Assembly (NCBI RefSeq): GCF_947568905.1
Contig: NC_079167.1
Span: forward strand, 28,644,001 to 28,708,000
Reading direction: 5' to 3'
From: Ostrea edulis
Taxonomy: Eukaryota
DNA length: 64,000 nucleotides
The notes under the pieces are model-generated. The model saw nothing but the letters and a program-made list of their open reading frames with translations, was not told where the DNA came from and did no database searches. Within the stretch, counting starts at the first letter, position 1. Each line of letters opens with the position of its first letter. This document shows, piece by piece, positions 11,292 through 25,299 of the stretch. Position numbers and translations under genes: made by a program.

Positions 11292-14200
11292 CTATAACCA
11301 TCAAGAATAGGAGAGGGGGCAGGAGACGGCCTTGCCTTACACCAGTAGTGACATCAAACGGATCGGTCAGGTTTCCATCATGAACTATTTGGCAGTTATA
11401 TCCATCATAAAGCTGTTGAATGATATAGATGATTTTATGAGGTATGCCATAGTGTTTGAAAATATCCCACAGTACCTGATGGTCGATACTGTCAAAAGCC
11501 TTTTCGAAGTCTACAAAGATCATATAAAGAGATGCTTACCATTGATCAATTGTCTGTTCTACTATGATTCTTAAGGTTGCTATCTGGTCTACACAGGAAC
11601 GCTCTTGTCTAAATCCTGCTTGTTCATCTCTAAGCATTTTGTCTAATTTTGCTTTAATTCGATAGATTATGACATAACATAGGATTTTGCTTGCAACGGA
11701 TAACAGAGTGATCCCTCTCCAGTTGTTACATGAGGAAAGGTCACCTTTCTTTGGAAGTTTAATAAGGAGCCCTTTTTGCCAATCATCTGGAATGTGTTCT
11801 TCCTTCCAAATTCTGTTTATCAGGCGGTGAAGGGCCTCAACTGAAATATAGTCCATGGCTTTAATTGCCTCTGGTGGAATGTTATCAACTCCTCCTGATT
11901 TCCCATTTTTAATATGTTTTATTGCTCTATCTATTTCATCTCTTGTAACTTCTTCAATATTTATGTCTAATGGTTGTCCCGCTTCTATATCAGGTGGATT
12001 CGTCGGTGGTGGTCTATTTAGTACTTCCTGAAAATGTTCTTTCCATCTCTTAAGTTGTTCTTCAATCTTGGTTATTACATTTCCGTTTTTATCCTTTACT
12101 GGTGTATTGGTAGTGGGTGGTTTACCACGCAGCTGTCTGGTGATGTTATAGAGAGTTTTGATGTCTCCTTTACTATATGCTGTTTCTGCCTCTTGTGCTA
12201 GATGTTCTGCATACTTTCTTTTGTCTTTTTTACAATTTTTCTTCACCTCCTGATCTTTTAGGGTGTAGTTCTCCTGTGCTTGACGTGTTTGGTGTCTGGT
12301 TGTAGCTCTTACCACTTTCTCTTTAGCTTGCCTTCTTTCCTCTACTCTAGCCCAAGTGTCATCTGACATCCAATGTTTACGTTTGTTTTGGACATAACCT
12401 ATGGTTTCTTCACATGTTTGTATAATGGCATTCTTAGTTTTCTCCTATATAGTATTAATATCTTGGTCTTCCTCTTCGATTGGTAAAACAGAGAATCTGT
12501 TTTGTAAGGTTATTTGGTAGTTTTGTTTTGTAGAAGGTTCCTTTAGTTTTGCAACATTAAACTTTTTCCTCTTTGGTTCTGTTTTTTTCTTTGATAGCAG
12601 CTTTAGTTTGATGGTATCCATTAGTAAGTGATGGTCTGATGCAGCATTGGCACCTCTTTTGTTTCTAACATCCTGCAGTGATGTTCTCCATCTGTGTGAT
12701 ATAGCAATGTGGTCTATTTGGTTCTCTGCATTTCCTGCTGGTGATACCCATGTGATCTTGTGGCAGGTTTTGTGTGGGAAGAATGTTCCTCCTATCATTA
12801 ATTTATTGACTGCACAGAAGTCTGCAAATAACTCTCCATTTTCGTTCATATTTCCTATTCCATGTGGTTCAATCTCTGTCTCCCTCCCTACTCTATCTGA
12901 TCCTACCTTTGCATTTAGGTCACCCATGATGATAAGGATGTCACGCTTTGGTGTGTTATCTACTGTGGCTTGCAATGCATTGTAGAAATCATCTTTTTCA
13001 TATTCATCAGCCTCATTAGTTGGAGCATAGACTTGTATGATGGTGGTTTTCTGGAATTTTGTGTCGAATCTTGCTGTAATTATTCTTTGTGAAACAGGAT
13101 TCCACTCTAACAGTGCTTTCTTTGATGTTTTGTTGAGTAAGAATCCAACTCCTTTCTCATGTGGATCATTTATGTTTAGATTTCCAGAATACACGATGGT
13201 GTGGCATGTGCTTATTGTTGTTATACCAGATGTGTTCCATCTACCTTCACTTAAGCCTAGTATTTCAATATTGTATCTATCCATTTCTTTAGCTACTTGG
13301 ACACACTTACCACTTTAATATAGCGTGCGGATATTCCAGCACGCAATTTTTGCTGGATGTTTTGGTGAGAACAACTTTCTCGGCTTTCGTGTCATTCGTT
13401 GAACTCGTGTTTGGGGGGTTTAGTTTACCTCTATCTCTAGTCTTTGACGAGTAAGAGGATTTTCTTCTATGGTTGTTTCTGTAACCGATTTTATCCACTG
13501 ATGGGGGTTGGCCCTTCAGCTTCACCATATCCCTTAGTTTGACAGACTGTCACCCCACAAATTCAATATCTTTCGATATAGGGTTGGATTTTGAAACCTG
13601 CAGAGTAGTTTTTACATCAGAGTCTCTTTCTCCTAGACTGGTTGCCGACCATGGCTATTGAGTCCTATCTATCCATGTTTTGAATGTTGTGAACAACTAA
13701 CGGCTTTCAACGCCGGGTTTGAAATCAGAGTTTTCCTTCTCTTAGATGAATTGCCTTCCCAGGCTGAGGAGCTCCATCCACCCCAAGCACTGGTTTTAAG
13801 GCGCCAGGGTCTCGCCTTTGCCCCTTCTCCTGTTCGTTGAAACAGTTCCACCACGAGAAGGTCAGAAGCTGGACTTTGGTTGTCTGAGGCTATATTTTAC
13901 GCATGCCCATAGGAGCACTTATTTGAAACTGGGTGCTTATCTCCAGTATCACCCCTAGGCATAACAACCTTAGGAACCACACTTCACAATGTGAAGTGTT
14001 CTAATAAAAATTAAAAAAACAAGTCACCTTTTTTCACAACGTTTTTTATCTTTAAACTATTTAAATTTACCAAAATTTAAAGAAAATTCCTATAGGATAA
14101 ATAGCAAATTTGCATTGGTTAAATGTTGCCTAGCTATCAATAGAAAGGTTATCATTGTTAAAAGAAAAACATAATTACTAGTATACTCGCATGAAATGCT

Positions 14201-14347
14201 AATCCTCTTTTACATACATGCATATCATAAACTGACATGACAAACACCAATTTTAATTATTTGATTTGTAAATCTGCACTGGGATAGATCTGAGTCAGAA
14301 ATCTGAACTGTCCCAATATTTTTTTTTCTAGAGAGCTACAGTTCTGC

Positions 14348-14410
14348 TAGTTTCTGTGAAAACGAGGGGGTTATCGAATATAAGTAACCCCCTCGTTTCC
14401 ACAGAAACTA
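14348..14410. mobile_element. 63-bp hairpin MITE with 9-bp TSD (Mutator-like)
   Basis: tagtttctgtgaaaacgagggggtta / taaccccctcgtttccacagaaacta; CAGTTCTGC on both sides. Confidence 0.8.
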
Positions 14411-14547
14411 CAGTTCTGCAGCTAAGGTTCGAAATGAAATTTTCCGGTCTTTTCTTTTGTTGCCATGAGGATTTTTTTTTTTACCGTTAAGCTGTGGTCC
14501 GAGTTAGTCAGGGAATGACTTGACTGGATACCGTGAGGATTTAGGTG

Positions 14548-14642
14548 ATTAGTCTGGTCCCCGCCCCCGCCACTCATTGATCACTCGTTTCGATAGCAAA
14601 ACGAGTGATCAAACGTGTGGAGGGGGCGGGGACCAGACTAAT
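14548..14642. mobile_element. ~95-bp GC-rich hairpin MITE
   Basis: attagtctggtccccgccccc...tgatcactcgttt / aaacgagtgatca...gggggcggggaccagactaat. Confidence 0.75.
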
Positions 14643-14649
14643 TCGTGTT

Positions 14650-14767
14650 CTTTCTCTATCCTAGTCGACCTTATGTAAATGGCCGAGTAGTTACGATTGC
14701 TCGTCTCTTGGGTAAACAAACCACAAAATAAGAATGCATCCAAAACTACTTGATAAAGTGTGAAAAG
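14650..14767 (+). promoter_or_regulatory. Putative promoter / non-coding first exon of gene A
   Basis: CpG-containing segment ending at donor AAAAG|GTAAAT (14767/8). Joined to acceptor 17003 it places an in-frame TGA upstream of ATG 17041. Start coordinate approximate. Confidence 0.35.
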
Positions 14768-15189
14768 GTAAATGTATAGGGCTTATATGGTTTTTTTTTA
14801 CAAAGTGTTTGCAACAGTTTCTTTATAGAAACATTGACAAAATTTAGGTGAAATGCTTATCCGAGTTTCCTCCGTGTGCATCAATATTACATATATGCGC
14901 TAGTCTTACTTACCATTTCTTCTGCTAGCTCCCTCTGAAGAAGGTGTGTATTCATATCATTAACATTGGAGATGCTAGTGTATTTGCCAGGGACATACTT
15001 AGCTATAATAGAGCCCTCCCTTGAACTGATACAATTTTATTTTGTTCTCAGTAAAATAAGGGTCCCAAATATTAACCGTTGACCCCTGCATTACAGGTCA
15101 AGTGCTTTGACCACTGAGCCACCCAGGTCGACATCCATGGTCCCTATAGTCCTAACTACCATGTGTCCTATTGAAGATCTGATTAAATG

Positions 15190-15580
15190 ACTTACTTGAC
15201 TTAATTCCTTCTCTCCTCGTGGAGAATAGGGCCATGAACAAGTCCTCTCCATTTACTTCTGTCCTGGGCTGATCTTGCTGCCTCTGTCCATGACCCAAAA
15301 CCTAGTTCTTTCCTCTCTCTTTCTATTGTTCTTCTCCATCCGTAATCACTTCTTTTTTTATGAGGTTGGGTGATTAGCCCTACGCTCAACCTCATGGAGG
15401 TGGTTTTTCTGTTGGGGTTTTCCTTCCCTTAGATGACGGTCTTTTTAAGACTATTGGATGCCATCCCCCATGTTTTACATCGGAGTGTCCTTCTCCTAGG
15501 TAAGCTGCCACCCCTGGTTGCGAACCTCACCTATCCGGGTTTTACATCGGAGGTTTCCTTCTCCTAGACAGATAATCATC
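15190..15580 (-). mobile_element. Internally deleted RTE derivative (5'UTR motifs fused to the last ~50 codons and tail)
   Basis: WRRTIERERKELGFGSWTEAARSAQDRSKWRGLV C-terminus, AAGT tail, repeated tctaggagaaggaaa 5'UTR motif. A tRNA-like SINE head lies next to it at about 15080-15130. Confidence 0.7.
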
Positions 15581-17040
15581 CCTGATTTTCGACATCATGT
15601 CTTGCCGGCTATATTCCCATAGCTGGCTTTATTGATATTTTTGAGATTTTGGCCATGTATTATATTTTATTGCATTTTTACTGATGAAAAGAACATTGCA
15701 TTTCTTGTTGAAAGACCATTTCCTCATATATTTTCCCAAATATGCAGCTTCTAGCCGGAATTAAAGAGTCACTAATTGATTTGATGGCAATTAGATATCC
15801 AACTCTTTCTGCAAAGAGGCGGATTTTGGAATCAAGACCAACAGAGATGTCATTAATGATAAAACAGATACAACCTCTTGTGTGCTGCAGGCTTATCTCA
15901 GAACAGGGGTCGTTTTTCCTTGTTTGTCATAGTCACTTATATAAGTTTTTATACAAATAAATTGAGGCTGACTTTATCAAAAGCTTTAAAAATATCCATA
16001 CACTATGATTAAAATGTCTGTTTGAGTTTGAATTTGAATTTTTTTATGTATTTTTTTTTTTACATTATCTAAGAATTAATTAGGAATTTGCATTTCACAG
16101 GACTTAAGTAAGATCTACAGAAGCCATTTTGTAACTTAGTGTAATGGATATAGAATGTTGTGTGTGTCGATCAGCCTGTGTCATGATTGAATTTACTAGA
16201 AAATTGTTCAAGAAATATACAACATATACAGTTGAACTTCAGTATCTCGAACAATGATATTTCGAATACCATGGATATGTCGAAGTGAGTTGGAAGTCCC
16301 AACAACATTATCTTGAACCCAATATCTCAAAGATTTTCTAGGTCACATCAAGTTCAAGATAACGAGGCCCAGCTGTACATGTTAGAGAGTTGGGCCTGCA
16401 GTTTTTGGGGGTATATGCTATGACCCTGTTTTGTATATTGGGGTAACATGCAATGCACCAATCAGTGGGGATGTCACCCAGTGTCATAATTATGAATATA
16501 TTTTATTTTTTAACCAGAAACACATATTACTAGAGATATAACATATAGGCAATATTTATTTGATTTCCATTTGTGATATTTATTTGATTTCCATTTGACA
16601 GTGTGATATTTATTTGATTTCCATTTGTGTTATTTATCTTATTTCCATTTGTGATATAATTTATTTTATTTCCATTTGTGTTTTGAAAGGAATTAGCCAT
16701 TATGACCATATGTTATTCCCCTTTAACAGGAAGTTTTCTCTTTCGAATGCCCAGTACTTCTTTCTATGCATGCTCAGTTTTTCTGTAAAACCTCAACATA
16801 ATTAATCAGTCTGAGGACTGACTATTAATGTACAATTTTTGACATGTAGGGGGAGTGCTACTTTATACCAGCCCCCAGTGAATATGTTAGTGAATAACAT
16901 TTAATGGTTCAGTGATTTGTTTAACATTTGGTTTTTGATAAGACATGCATACACAATATTTTACCCACATACTGACAATGTGATTACTGTGTATATTTGT
17001 AGGCATTGTGCTGAATAATCAAGACAACCAGTTCTCCAAC

Positions 17041-19867
17041 ATGCCTAAAAAAGGTACAACAGATGGTGTGAGATTTCATTCTGTTCTTCACTGGAAAATG
17101 ATAGATTCCACCCTAACAGAAATTATTGTGATATATCTCTACAAAATTACTGACGAGAGGTGGAGCATCCACACAACGTCAGGGTCCTTAGTCCACTTTT
17201 ATGAGTGGATTCGGGACCCCTGATGTTGCGAAGGTGGCTGTGGAGAAAAAGCACTGTTTTTTTCCTTCATTGCCTGAGTACAGTAAAACATGGTTAAAGT
17301 GAACATGGTTATGCTTACAGTAAAACATGGCTACAGTGAGCATGCTTATGATGAATTCATGCTTACAGTAAAACTTGGTTACAGTGAACATGCTTATAAT
17401 GAATTCATGCTTACAGTAAAACATGGCTACAGTGAGCATGCTTATAATGAATTCATGCTTACAGTAAAACATGGTCAAAGTGAGCATGCTTATAATGAAT
17501 TCATGTTTACAGTAAAACATGGTTACAGCAAACACACTTATAATGAATTCAAGTTTACAGTAAAACATGGTTACAGTGAACACATTTATCATGATGAATT
17601 CACCCTTACAGTAAAACACAGTTACAGCAAACATGCTTATAATGAATTCATGCTTACAATGAAGTGATTTTCAATCCCTGAAGGTTTAAATCATATTATG
17701 AACTCATTGTGCATGTCTGTATAACATTTTATAATGATCCCAAACACTTCTCCAGTGATATTTAGCTTATTTTTATAATGGCATTCAAAGTGCATATAAA
17801 AACATATTCACATAAAAACTGTGAAAAGAGAAACCCAGAAAATTGAATTGATATTGATTTTTTTATTTCCCACTATCCATTGTATTACATATTTGTTAAG
17901 AGGTACATGTATCTATCATTTATTGCTGCAAAATATCTATTAGAAATACTCTTCTTGATTTGAATCCTACATATAGAATCTGTTGATGGAACTTCACGAT
18001 CACCATGACCTACTCATGGATGAACACAATAGCTGACACAGTATAGGATACCCGATTTTTCCAATCACTCGTGTTCTATTTTAAAACACCAGACAAAGTT
18101 GAACAGAAGAAGGCATTTATGAAAAGCTGTACGCTCATGTGAGCTTTTCTAATCACTGTCTGGCAATCTGTCTGCTCGCCAGTGAATTTCCTGAAATCTC
18201 CACTGGATGAGAAGACAGGATGATGTTGGAATGACAGACTTGCAGCATATAGACAGGGTCAAGATACCATTAATTCATCATATTTAGCATGTACGATATT
18301 TGATGGAAATTTATAGTTTTTAATATATTTAGCACTTTCTGAATGTGCTACATGGAGATTGAAATATATATATGCTAGACATTTTAGCGATGTACTTGAT
18401 TTAGCTGTAGCTGTTTTCCATGAAAGGTGCTAAATAGAGTACACAATGTAATACTGTATAGCAGGTTTTTTCCATGGGGGTGATCAATTTGGCTTATTTT
18501 AGCAGTTAGATAGATTTCCGCTAAAATTTCACTTGCCATACATGCACCCAAATGCGACTTCAATTTTGACCAAAGAGATAACTCTTCCTTGTCCTCCAAA
18601 ATTTATTCAACTAAAATTATTAGCAATCAAATTGCCAAATTTTAGACCCGCATAAAATAACCTGCTACTTACGGTATGTTACAGTCTTACTAGGGTAATC
18701 AGGTAGAATGTGTTTCAAATGCTCATAGGCTTAATTTGGTTTGAATGTTTGTCATGGGAGTAAGTAGGAGTGATGGAAAGATAAAAACTGTTAATTGTAT
18801 TTTGATGGGCATTATGAACATGTACACTTTAACTTTTGATCTACCATAATGATAAAAGGATTTAATTCATTTTCTTTCTTTTAAAGGACAATCCCATAAA
18901 ATGCCTGCAAGGCAATCGTCATTTCAAATTGTGAGTACCATATGGATGTCATTGATTGATTTTTAATTGATTTGATGAATTAGGGAATGCAATGTGCAGC
19001 TTTTTATGCCCCCTGCTATGAAATGGCAGGGGTTTATAGTGTAACCTTTTTCCAGTCAATTATCTGTGCTACGGATGCACATTTTCAAACTGAAGTTTGG
19101 TAGATAGATTCATGAGAATTTACTAACAGGGTCATGCAGGTAAAACAAGTTTGAAGAGTTATGCTCCTTGGGCTTAGAATTAATAAAAAAAATGTTTACA
19201 GTTTCTGCTTATTATCTCTCTTATACATGTACATTTGAATTGAAATTTGGAACATGGATATATCATGAGAACATATATTTCAAGAAACTGTGGTTCTAAT
19301 AAAATAATATTTGGCAGAGTTATTCCCCTTGGTCGGACTATTTACAATAAAACAATAAATTACAGTTTCCATTCATTGTCTCAATTATACATGGACATTT
19401 TGAATGATGAAATTAGGATTATAATCACATCCTGAAAATATGCAGGTCAAGTTTTTATTTGGTACCAGTCGAATAATAATTGGGAGAGTTCAATTGGAAT
19501 ATGAAAAATTTCAAACAATTCACAGTTTCTGCTATTATTTAAGTCATACATGGACACTTCGAATAGAAAATTGAGATACCTCATAAGAATACACAGTTCA
19601 AGTACTTCAATGGCTCCAGTGGGATACCTTTAAATTGGATGAAGTTATGGCCCTTGGTGTGGGGCATTTTTTCCCCCAGTGTGATACATCTAGTCTTTGT
19701 TTAAAACATGATTTCAACTCACACCTGTGAAAGAATTTGTTATAATATTAAACAGTAAAAAAACACTGTGTCTAATTTCCAGCTTGCTTTTTAGCTCACC
19801 TGAACCGAAGGTTCAAGTGAGCTTTTCTGATCACATTTTGTCCTGCGTCCATCTGTCTGTCTGTCTC

Positions 19868-19908
<41 letters not shown>

Positions 19909-22661
19909 ATGAACCACTGGGCCAATTTCAACCAAACATGACCAAAAGCATCCTTGGGTGAAGGGCTTTCAAGTTTGTTCAAATGAAGGGCCATGTCCCT
20001 TTCAAAGGGGAGATAATCACAAAAAATTTAAAAATAGGGTGGGGTCATTTAAAAATCTTCTTCTCAAGAACCACTGGGCCAAAAGAGCTGAAATTTACCT
20101 GAAAGCTTCCTAACATATTGCAGATATACGTTTGTTCAAATCATGGCCCCTGGTGGTAGGATGGGGCCACAAGGGGGGATCAAAGTTTTACATACAAATA
20201 TATAGGGAAAAACTTTAAAAATCTTCTTCTCAAGAACCACTAAGCCAGAAAAGCTGAGATTTACATGAAAGCTTCCTGACATAATGCAGATTCAAGTTTG
20301 TTCAAATCATGGGCTTCGGGGGTTGGATGGGGCCACAATAGGGGATGAAAGTTTTACATACAAATATATAGGAAAAATCTTCTTCTCAAGAACCACTGAG
20401 CCAGAAAAGCTGATTTTTACATGAAAAGTTTCTGACATAGTGCAGATTCAAGTTTGTTCAAATCATGGGCCCCGGGGGTTGGATGGGGCCACAATAGGGG
20501 ATCAAAGTATTACATACAAATATATAGGAAAAATCTTTAAAAATCTTTTTCTCAAGAGCCACTGAGCCAGAAAAGCTGATTTTTACATGAAAAGTTTTTG
20601 ACATAGTGCAGATTCAAGTGTGTTCAAATCATGGCCCCCGGGGATAAGATGGGGCCCCAAGGGGGGATCAAAGTTTTACACACAAATATACAGGGAAAAA
20701 CTTTAAAAATCTTCTTCTCAAGAACCACTAAGCCAGAAAAGCTGAGATTTACATGAAAGCTTCCTGACATAATGCAGATTCAAGTTTGTTCAAATCATGG
20801 GCCCCTGGGGTTGGATGGGGCCACAATAGGGGATGAAAGTTTTACATACAAATATATAGGAAAAATCTTTAAAAATCTTCTTCTCAAGAACCACTGAGCC
20901 AGAAAAGCTGATTTTTACATGAAAAGTTTCTGACATAGTGCAGATTCAAGTTTGTTCAAATCATGGGCCCCGGGGGTAGGATGGGGCCACAAGGGGAGGA
21001 TCAAAGTTTTACATACAAATATATAGGGAAAAACTTTAAAAATCTTCTTCTCAAGAACCACTAAGCCAGAAAAGCTGAGATTTACATGAAAGCTTCCTGA
21101 CATAATGCAGATTCAAGTTTGTTTAAATCATGGGCTTCGGGGGTTGGATGGGGCCACAATAGGGGATGAAAGTTTTACATACAAATATATGGGAAAAATC
21201 TTCTTCTCAAGAACCACTGAGCCAGAAAAGCTGATTTTTACTTGAAAACTTTCTGACATAGTGCAGATTCAAGTTTGTTCAAATCATGGCCCCCGGGGGT
21301 AGGACGGGGCCACAAGGGGGATCAGAGTTTTACATACAAATATATAGTTAAAATCTTCTTCTCAAGAACCACTGAGCCAGAAAAGCTGATTTTTACATGA
21401 AAAGTTTCTGACATAGTGCAGATTCAAGTTTGTTCAAATCATGGGCCCCGGGGGTTGGATGGGGCCACAATAGGGGATCAAAGTATTACATACAAATATA
21501 TAGGAAAAATCTTTAAAAATCTTTTTCTCAAGAGCCACTGAGCCAGAAAAGCTGATTTTTACATGAAAAGTTTTTGACATAGTGCAGATTCAAGTGTGTT
21601 CAAATCATGGCCCCCGGGGATAAGATGGGGCCCCAAGGGGGGATCAAAGTTTTACACACAAATATACAGGGAAAAACTTTAAAAATCTTCTTCTCAAGAA
21701 CCACTAAGCCAGAAAAGCTGAGATTTACATGAAAGCTTCCTGACATAATGCAGATTCAAGTTTGTTCAAATCATGGGCCCCTGGGGTTGGATGGGGCCAC
21801 AATAGGGGATGAAAGTTTTACATACAAATATATAGGAAAAATCTTTAAAAATCTTCTTCTCAAGAACCACTGAGCCAGAAAAGCTGATTTTTACATGAAA
21901 AGTTTCTGACATAGTGCAGATTCAAGTTTGTTCAAATCATGGGCCCCGGGGGTAGGATGGGGCCACAAGGGGAGGATCAAAGTTTTACATACAAATATAT
22001 AGGGAAAAACTTTAAAAATCTTCTTCTCAAGAACCACTAAGCCAGAAAAGCTGAGATTTACATGAAAGCTTCCTGACATAATGCAGATTCAAGTTTGTTT
22101 AAATCATGGGCTTCGGGGGTTGGATGGGGCCACAATAGGGGATGAAAGTTTTACATACAAATATATGGGAAAAATCTTCTTCTCAAGAACCACTGAGCCA
22201 GAAAAGCTGATTTTTACTTGAAAACTTTCTGACATAGTGCAGATTCAAGTTTGTTCAAATCATGGCCCCCGGGGGTAGGACGGGGCCACAAGGGGGATCA
22301 GAGTTTTACATACAAATATATAGTTAAAATCTTTTTCTCAATAACCACTGAGTCAGAAAAGCTGATATTTACAAAAAAACTTTCTGACATAGTGCAGATT
22401 CAAGTTTGTTCAAATCATGGCCCCCAGGGGGTAGGATGGGGCCACAAGTGGGGGGGGGGTCAAAGTTTTACATACAAATATAGGAAAAAGCTTTAAAAAT
22501 CTTCTTCTCAAGAACCATTGGGCCAAAGAAGTTGACATTTACATGAAAGCTTTCTGACATAGTGTAGATTCAAGTTTGCAAAGGGTAGTTTGGGCCATAA
22601 TAGGGACTAAGGTTTTACATGCAAATATATATGGAAAGTCTTCAGATATGGGCCAAGGTGA

Positions 22662-22700
<39 letters not shown>

Positions 22701-25299
22701 TATATAAGTACATGTATATATATATATATATGCACTCAGAATCATCCATATCTACGTAAGTCATAAAATTTTGCAGAATAATGAAAGAAATTCTATGTAC
22801 ATTCTTGTACTTTTCTTTTTAGGATGCAATGACAAAACCATTCGTAATTAAAAGTGCTGTGCTTCAGAAAGGAAAAGCCAATCCGTATGTCTCTTTCCTC
22901 AGATGATGTATTGATTTTAGAATATAAATTGTGGTTTTTAATTTGGGAGAAACATATAGTCTAAGAACAGTTGAAGTGGCAAGTCAGACTAATTGTCAAT
23001 TGAAAAGGTATCAAAGTTATATCACTCCTTTATAGACCCAATTTTAAGTTAACACCCCCACATTTTACCTGTATCATGATCAATGTTAGACTGCTTGTCA
23101 AGCAAACTTTTAACAATAGATCTCAGGTGGAGTGACATCTGCAGAGACTGTGGTCTGGAGCTACCCCAGAGAGGTGTTTTGATAACAATAACATCCAATA
23201 CTTACTTGCATTCTTTAGATCTTGAGGAAGCCCAGTATAATTGAGTTTTGATAGCATTGACCTGTCCACAACTGCTATTTTCTTGTAATTCAAAATTTTG
23301 AAAAAGACCCCTGAACAATGCAATTTTAAGGTGGCTCGCTACACCCTGAAATTGTTTCTAAAAATCAGTATGATAATAAAAGATTTGATAATTTATAAAA
23401 AGCGTATTTGCCAAAAAGGCAGAAAATATGCAAATTTGGATAAAAACATGATTTTCAAAAAAAATATTTGGCATATTTGAACTAGAGATCTGTGGTTCAC
23501 CAGCCCAATGCTTTAACCACTGAGCTACGATGATAGCCAAACAAATCGATCGATACAAATAATTTCGCAAAACATTTTTAAAATCACCATCTTGTGACGT
23601 AGTGTCATAAAGAGTATAAGCTTTAGCGTAGTGAGCTACCTTAATATAATTGTATTTCTTCCCCTTTATATACATGCATTATGAATTACACAATCGAAAA
23701 TCAAACAATAATTTGCACATTTCTAAAATTTGTAACTTATTGAAATAATTTATATTATCAATTTATGATACCTCTATATTTATAAAAGAAATTATTCATT
23801 GAGTCAATGACTGGGAGTAAGAGAAGAAGAGGGGGTAGGTGTAGACAGTGTGTCCACTACAGCTAGGGATACAACCATTATACAATCAATATGACCACAG
23901 AAACTGCAGATGGCCCTGAGACATGTCCTGTGTATATCAAAACTATACACAACACCCTGCTCTCTTAGTCAAGTAAATAACAAAGGCCATAGATGAGCTT
24001 AGCCCACATCCAGTGATCTGTGAAGAAACCATACAGTATTTTTTTTGGTCTTTAACTTCATAAAGCAGAAGCCTCAATCCTTCACACTACATACATGATT
24101 ACATACATGTGTAGCCAATATACAATGACCTCATCAGTGCAAATAAATGTATACAGCTATATGTGGTTAAAACTATATGAATCAATTAATGTTCCAATTT
24201 TAACATACTCATCAGAAATATGGATCTCAGATTTCAATATAAATTTCAACAATTTTGATAAAGCACCATTTGAAAAGATTCAAAATTTCATATTGAAGAA
24301 CATTCTAGATGAACACAATAAAGCATCTAACTTGGCTGCAAAAATTGAACTAGGCAAATCCCCTTTACATGTTAAAATATTTCAGCTCGCATTTAATTAT
24401 TTTTCTAGATTGGAAAATCTGACAAAATCTAATGATAAATGTTAATGATAACCTTGTTTTAAAAAATGCATTCTTGGAAGATACAAAGTTTGCCAATGAA
24501 AATTTAAAATGTTGGCAAAGCTTTATAAAACAATTACAAAGAAAGTTGAATATCAATATTGTGATGCAACAAATAAACTTCTTGGTTCTAAGCTTCAAGA
24601 TCTCTTTGTAAATAAAACTTTTGAAGAATTAGAACATATCAATATCACTCAATGTGGAAAACTCTCATTTTATAGTACATTATTTAACTATAAGGACATA
24701 AAACTAGAAATACAACCATATTTGTGTCTTCCTGCGCTCTAAGAATAAGTGCGCATCAGTTATATAGAAACAGGTAGATATTGTAATCCTGTCATTCCCA
24801 AAGAAAAAAGAATTTTGTTACCATTTTAAGACCAGTGTCGAAGATGAAAAACATTTTTTACTTGATTGTCCTTTATACAAACATGTAAGAAAAAGTATTC
24901 AAAAATATCATATGATTATCTTCTATCTTGTTTACTGAATCCCCTCAATATTGCATCTACAAAAGAAATTTGTTATATATCAGAGATTATTTATACCTTA
25001 GAAACTGTTGTTACAATTATTATACCATGTATATATACATGTATATAAGTATCGTACACTACATGGCTAACAACACTTGTATGTGCTTTAGTGCCAATAA
25101 AGAATTGAATTTAATTGAATATATAGGTAGTGATCGAAAACGAATTTAAATTTCTAGTGTTTTTAATCATTTAATTTTCACCATGATATAAACTTTCCTG
25201 TGCCTGTAAATTCTTCTTTATTCATGGTGAAGTTTCAGATTTCTCTTTTTTTCAGATTTGCTGTCAAAACAACAAACTTGAAAGATACAAGCAACAAAA
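17041..25299 (+). CDS. Gene A N-terminal micro-exons (13, 44, 62 and 44 bp: MPKKGQSHKMPARQSSFQIDAMTKPF...)
   Basis: Canonical acceptors and donors (GTGAGT, GTATGT, GTGAGT), phases 1/0/2/1 consistent. The first donor (GTACAA) is weak. Confidence 0.65.

Larger units (their letters stand above)
10205..13985 (-). mobile_element. Full-length, decayed RTE-clade LINE (AP endonuclease + reverse transcriptase)
   Basis: ORF pieces 13284-12445 (EN: ILGLSE.RW, GDLNAKVG, SDHH), 12369-11536, 11523-11292 (FVDFEKAFDSI), 11014-10412 (FADD) and 10451-10215. (TAAG)n tail. 12-bp TSD ACAATGTGAAGT at 10193-10204 and 13986-13997. Stops and frameshifts present. Confidence 0.93.

Noticed and set aside
13730-13800. 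HDV-like ribozyme in the RTE 5'UTR (gatgga-gc-tcctca-gc-ctgggaa-gg-caa-ttcatc)
   Set aside because: P2, P3 and P1.1-like pairings can be drawn, but I found no full P1 partner or P4. It remains unsupported without a covariance search.
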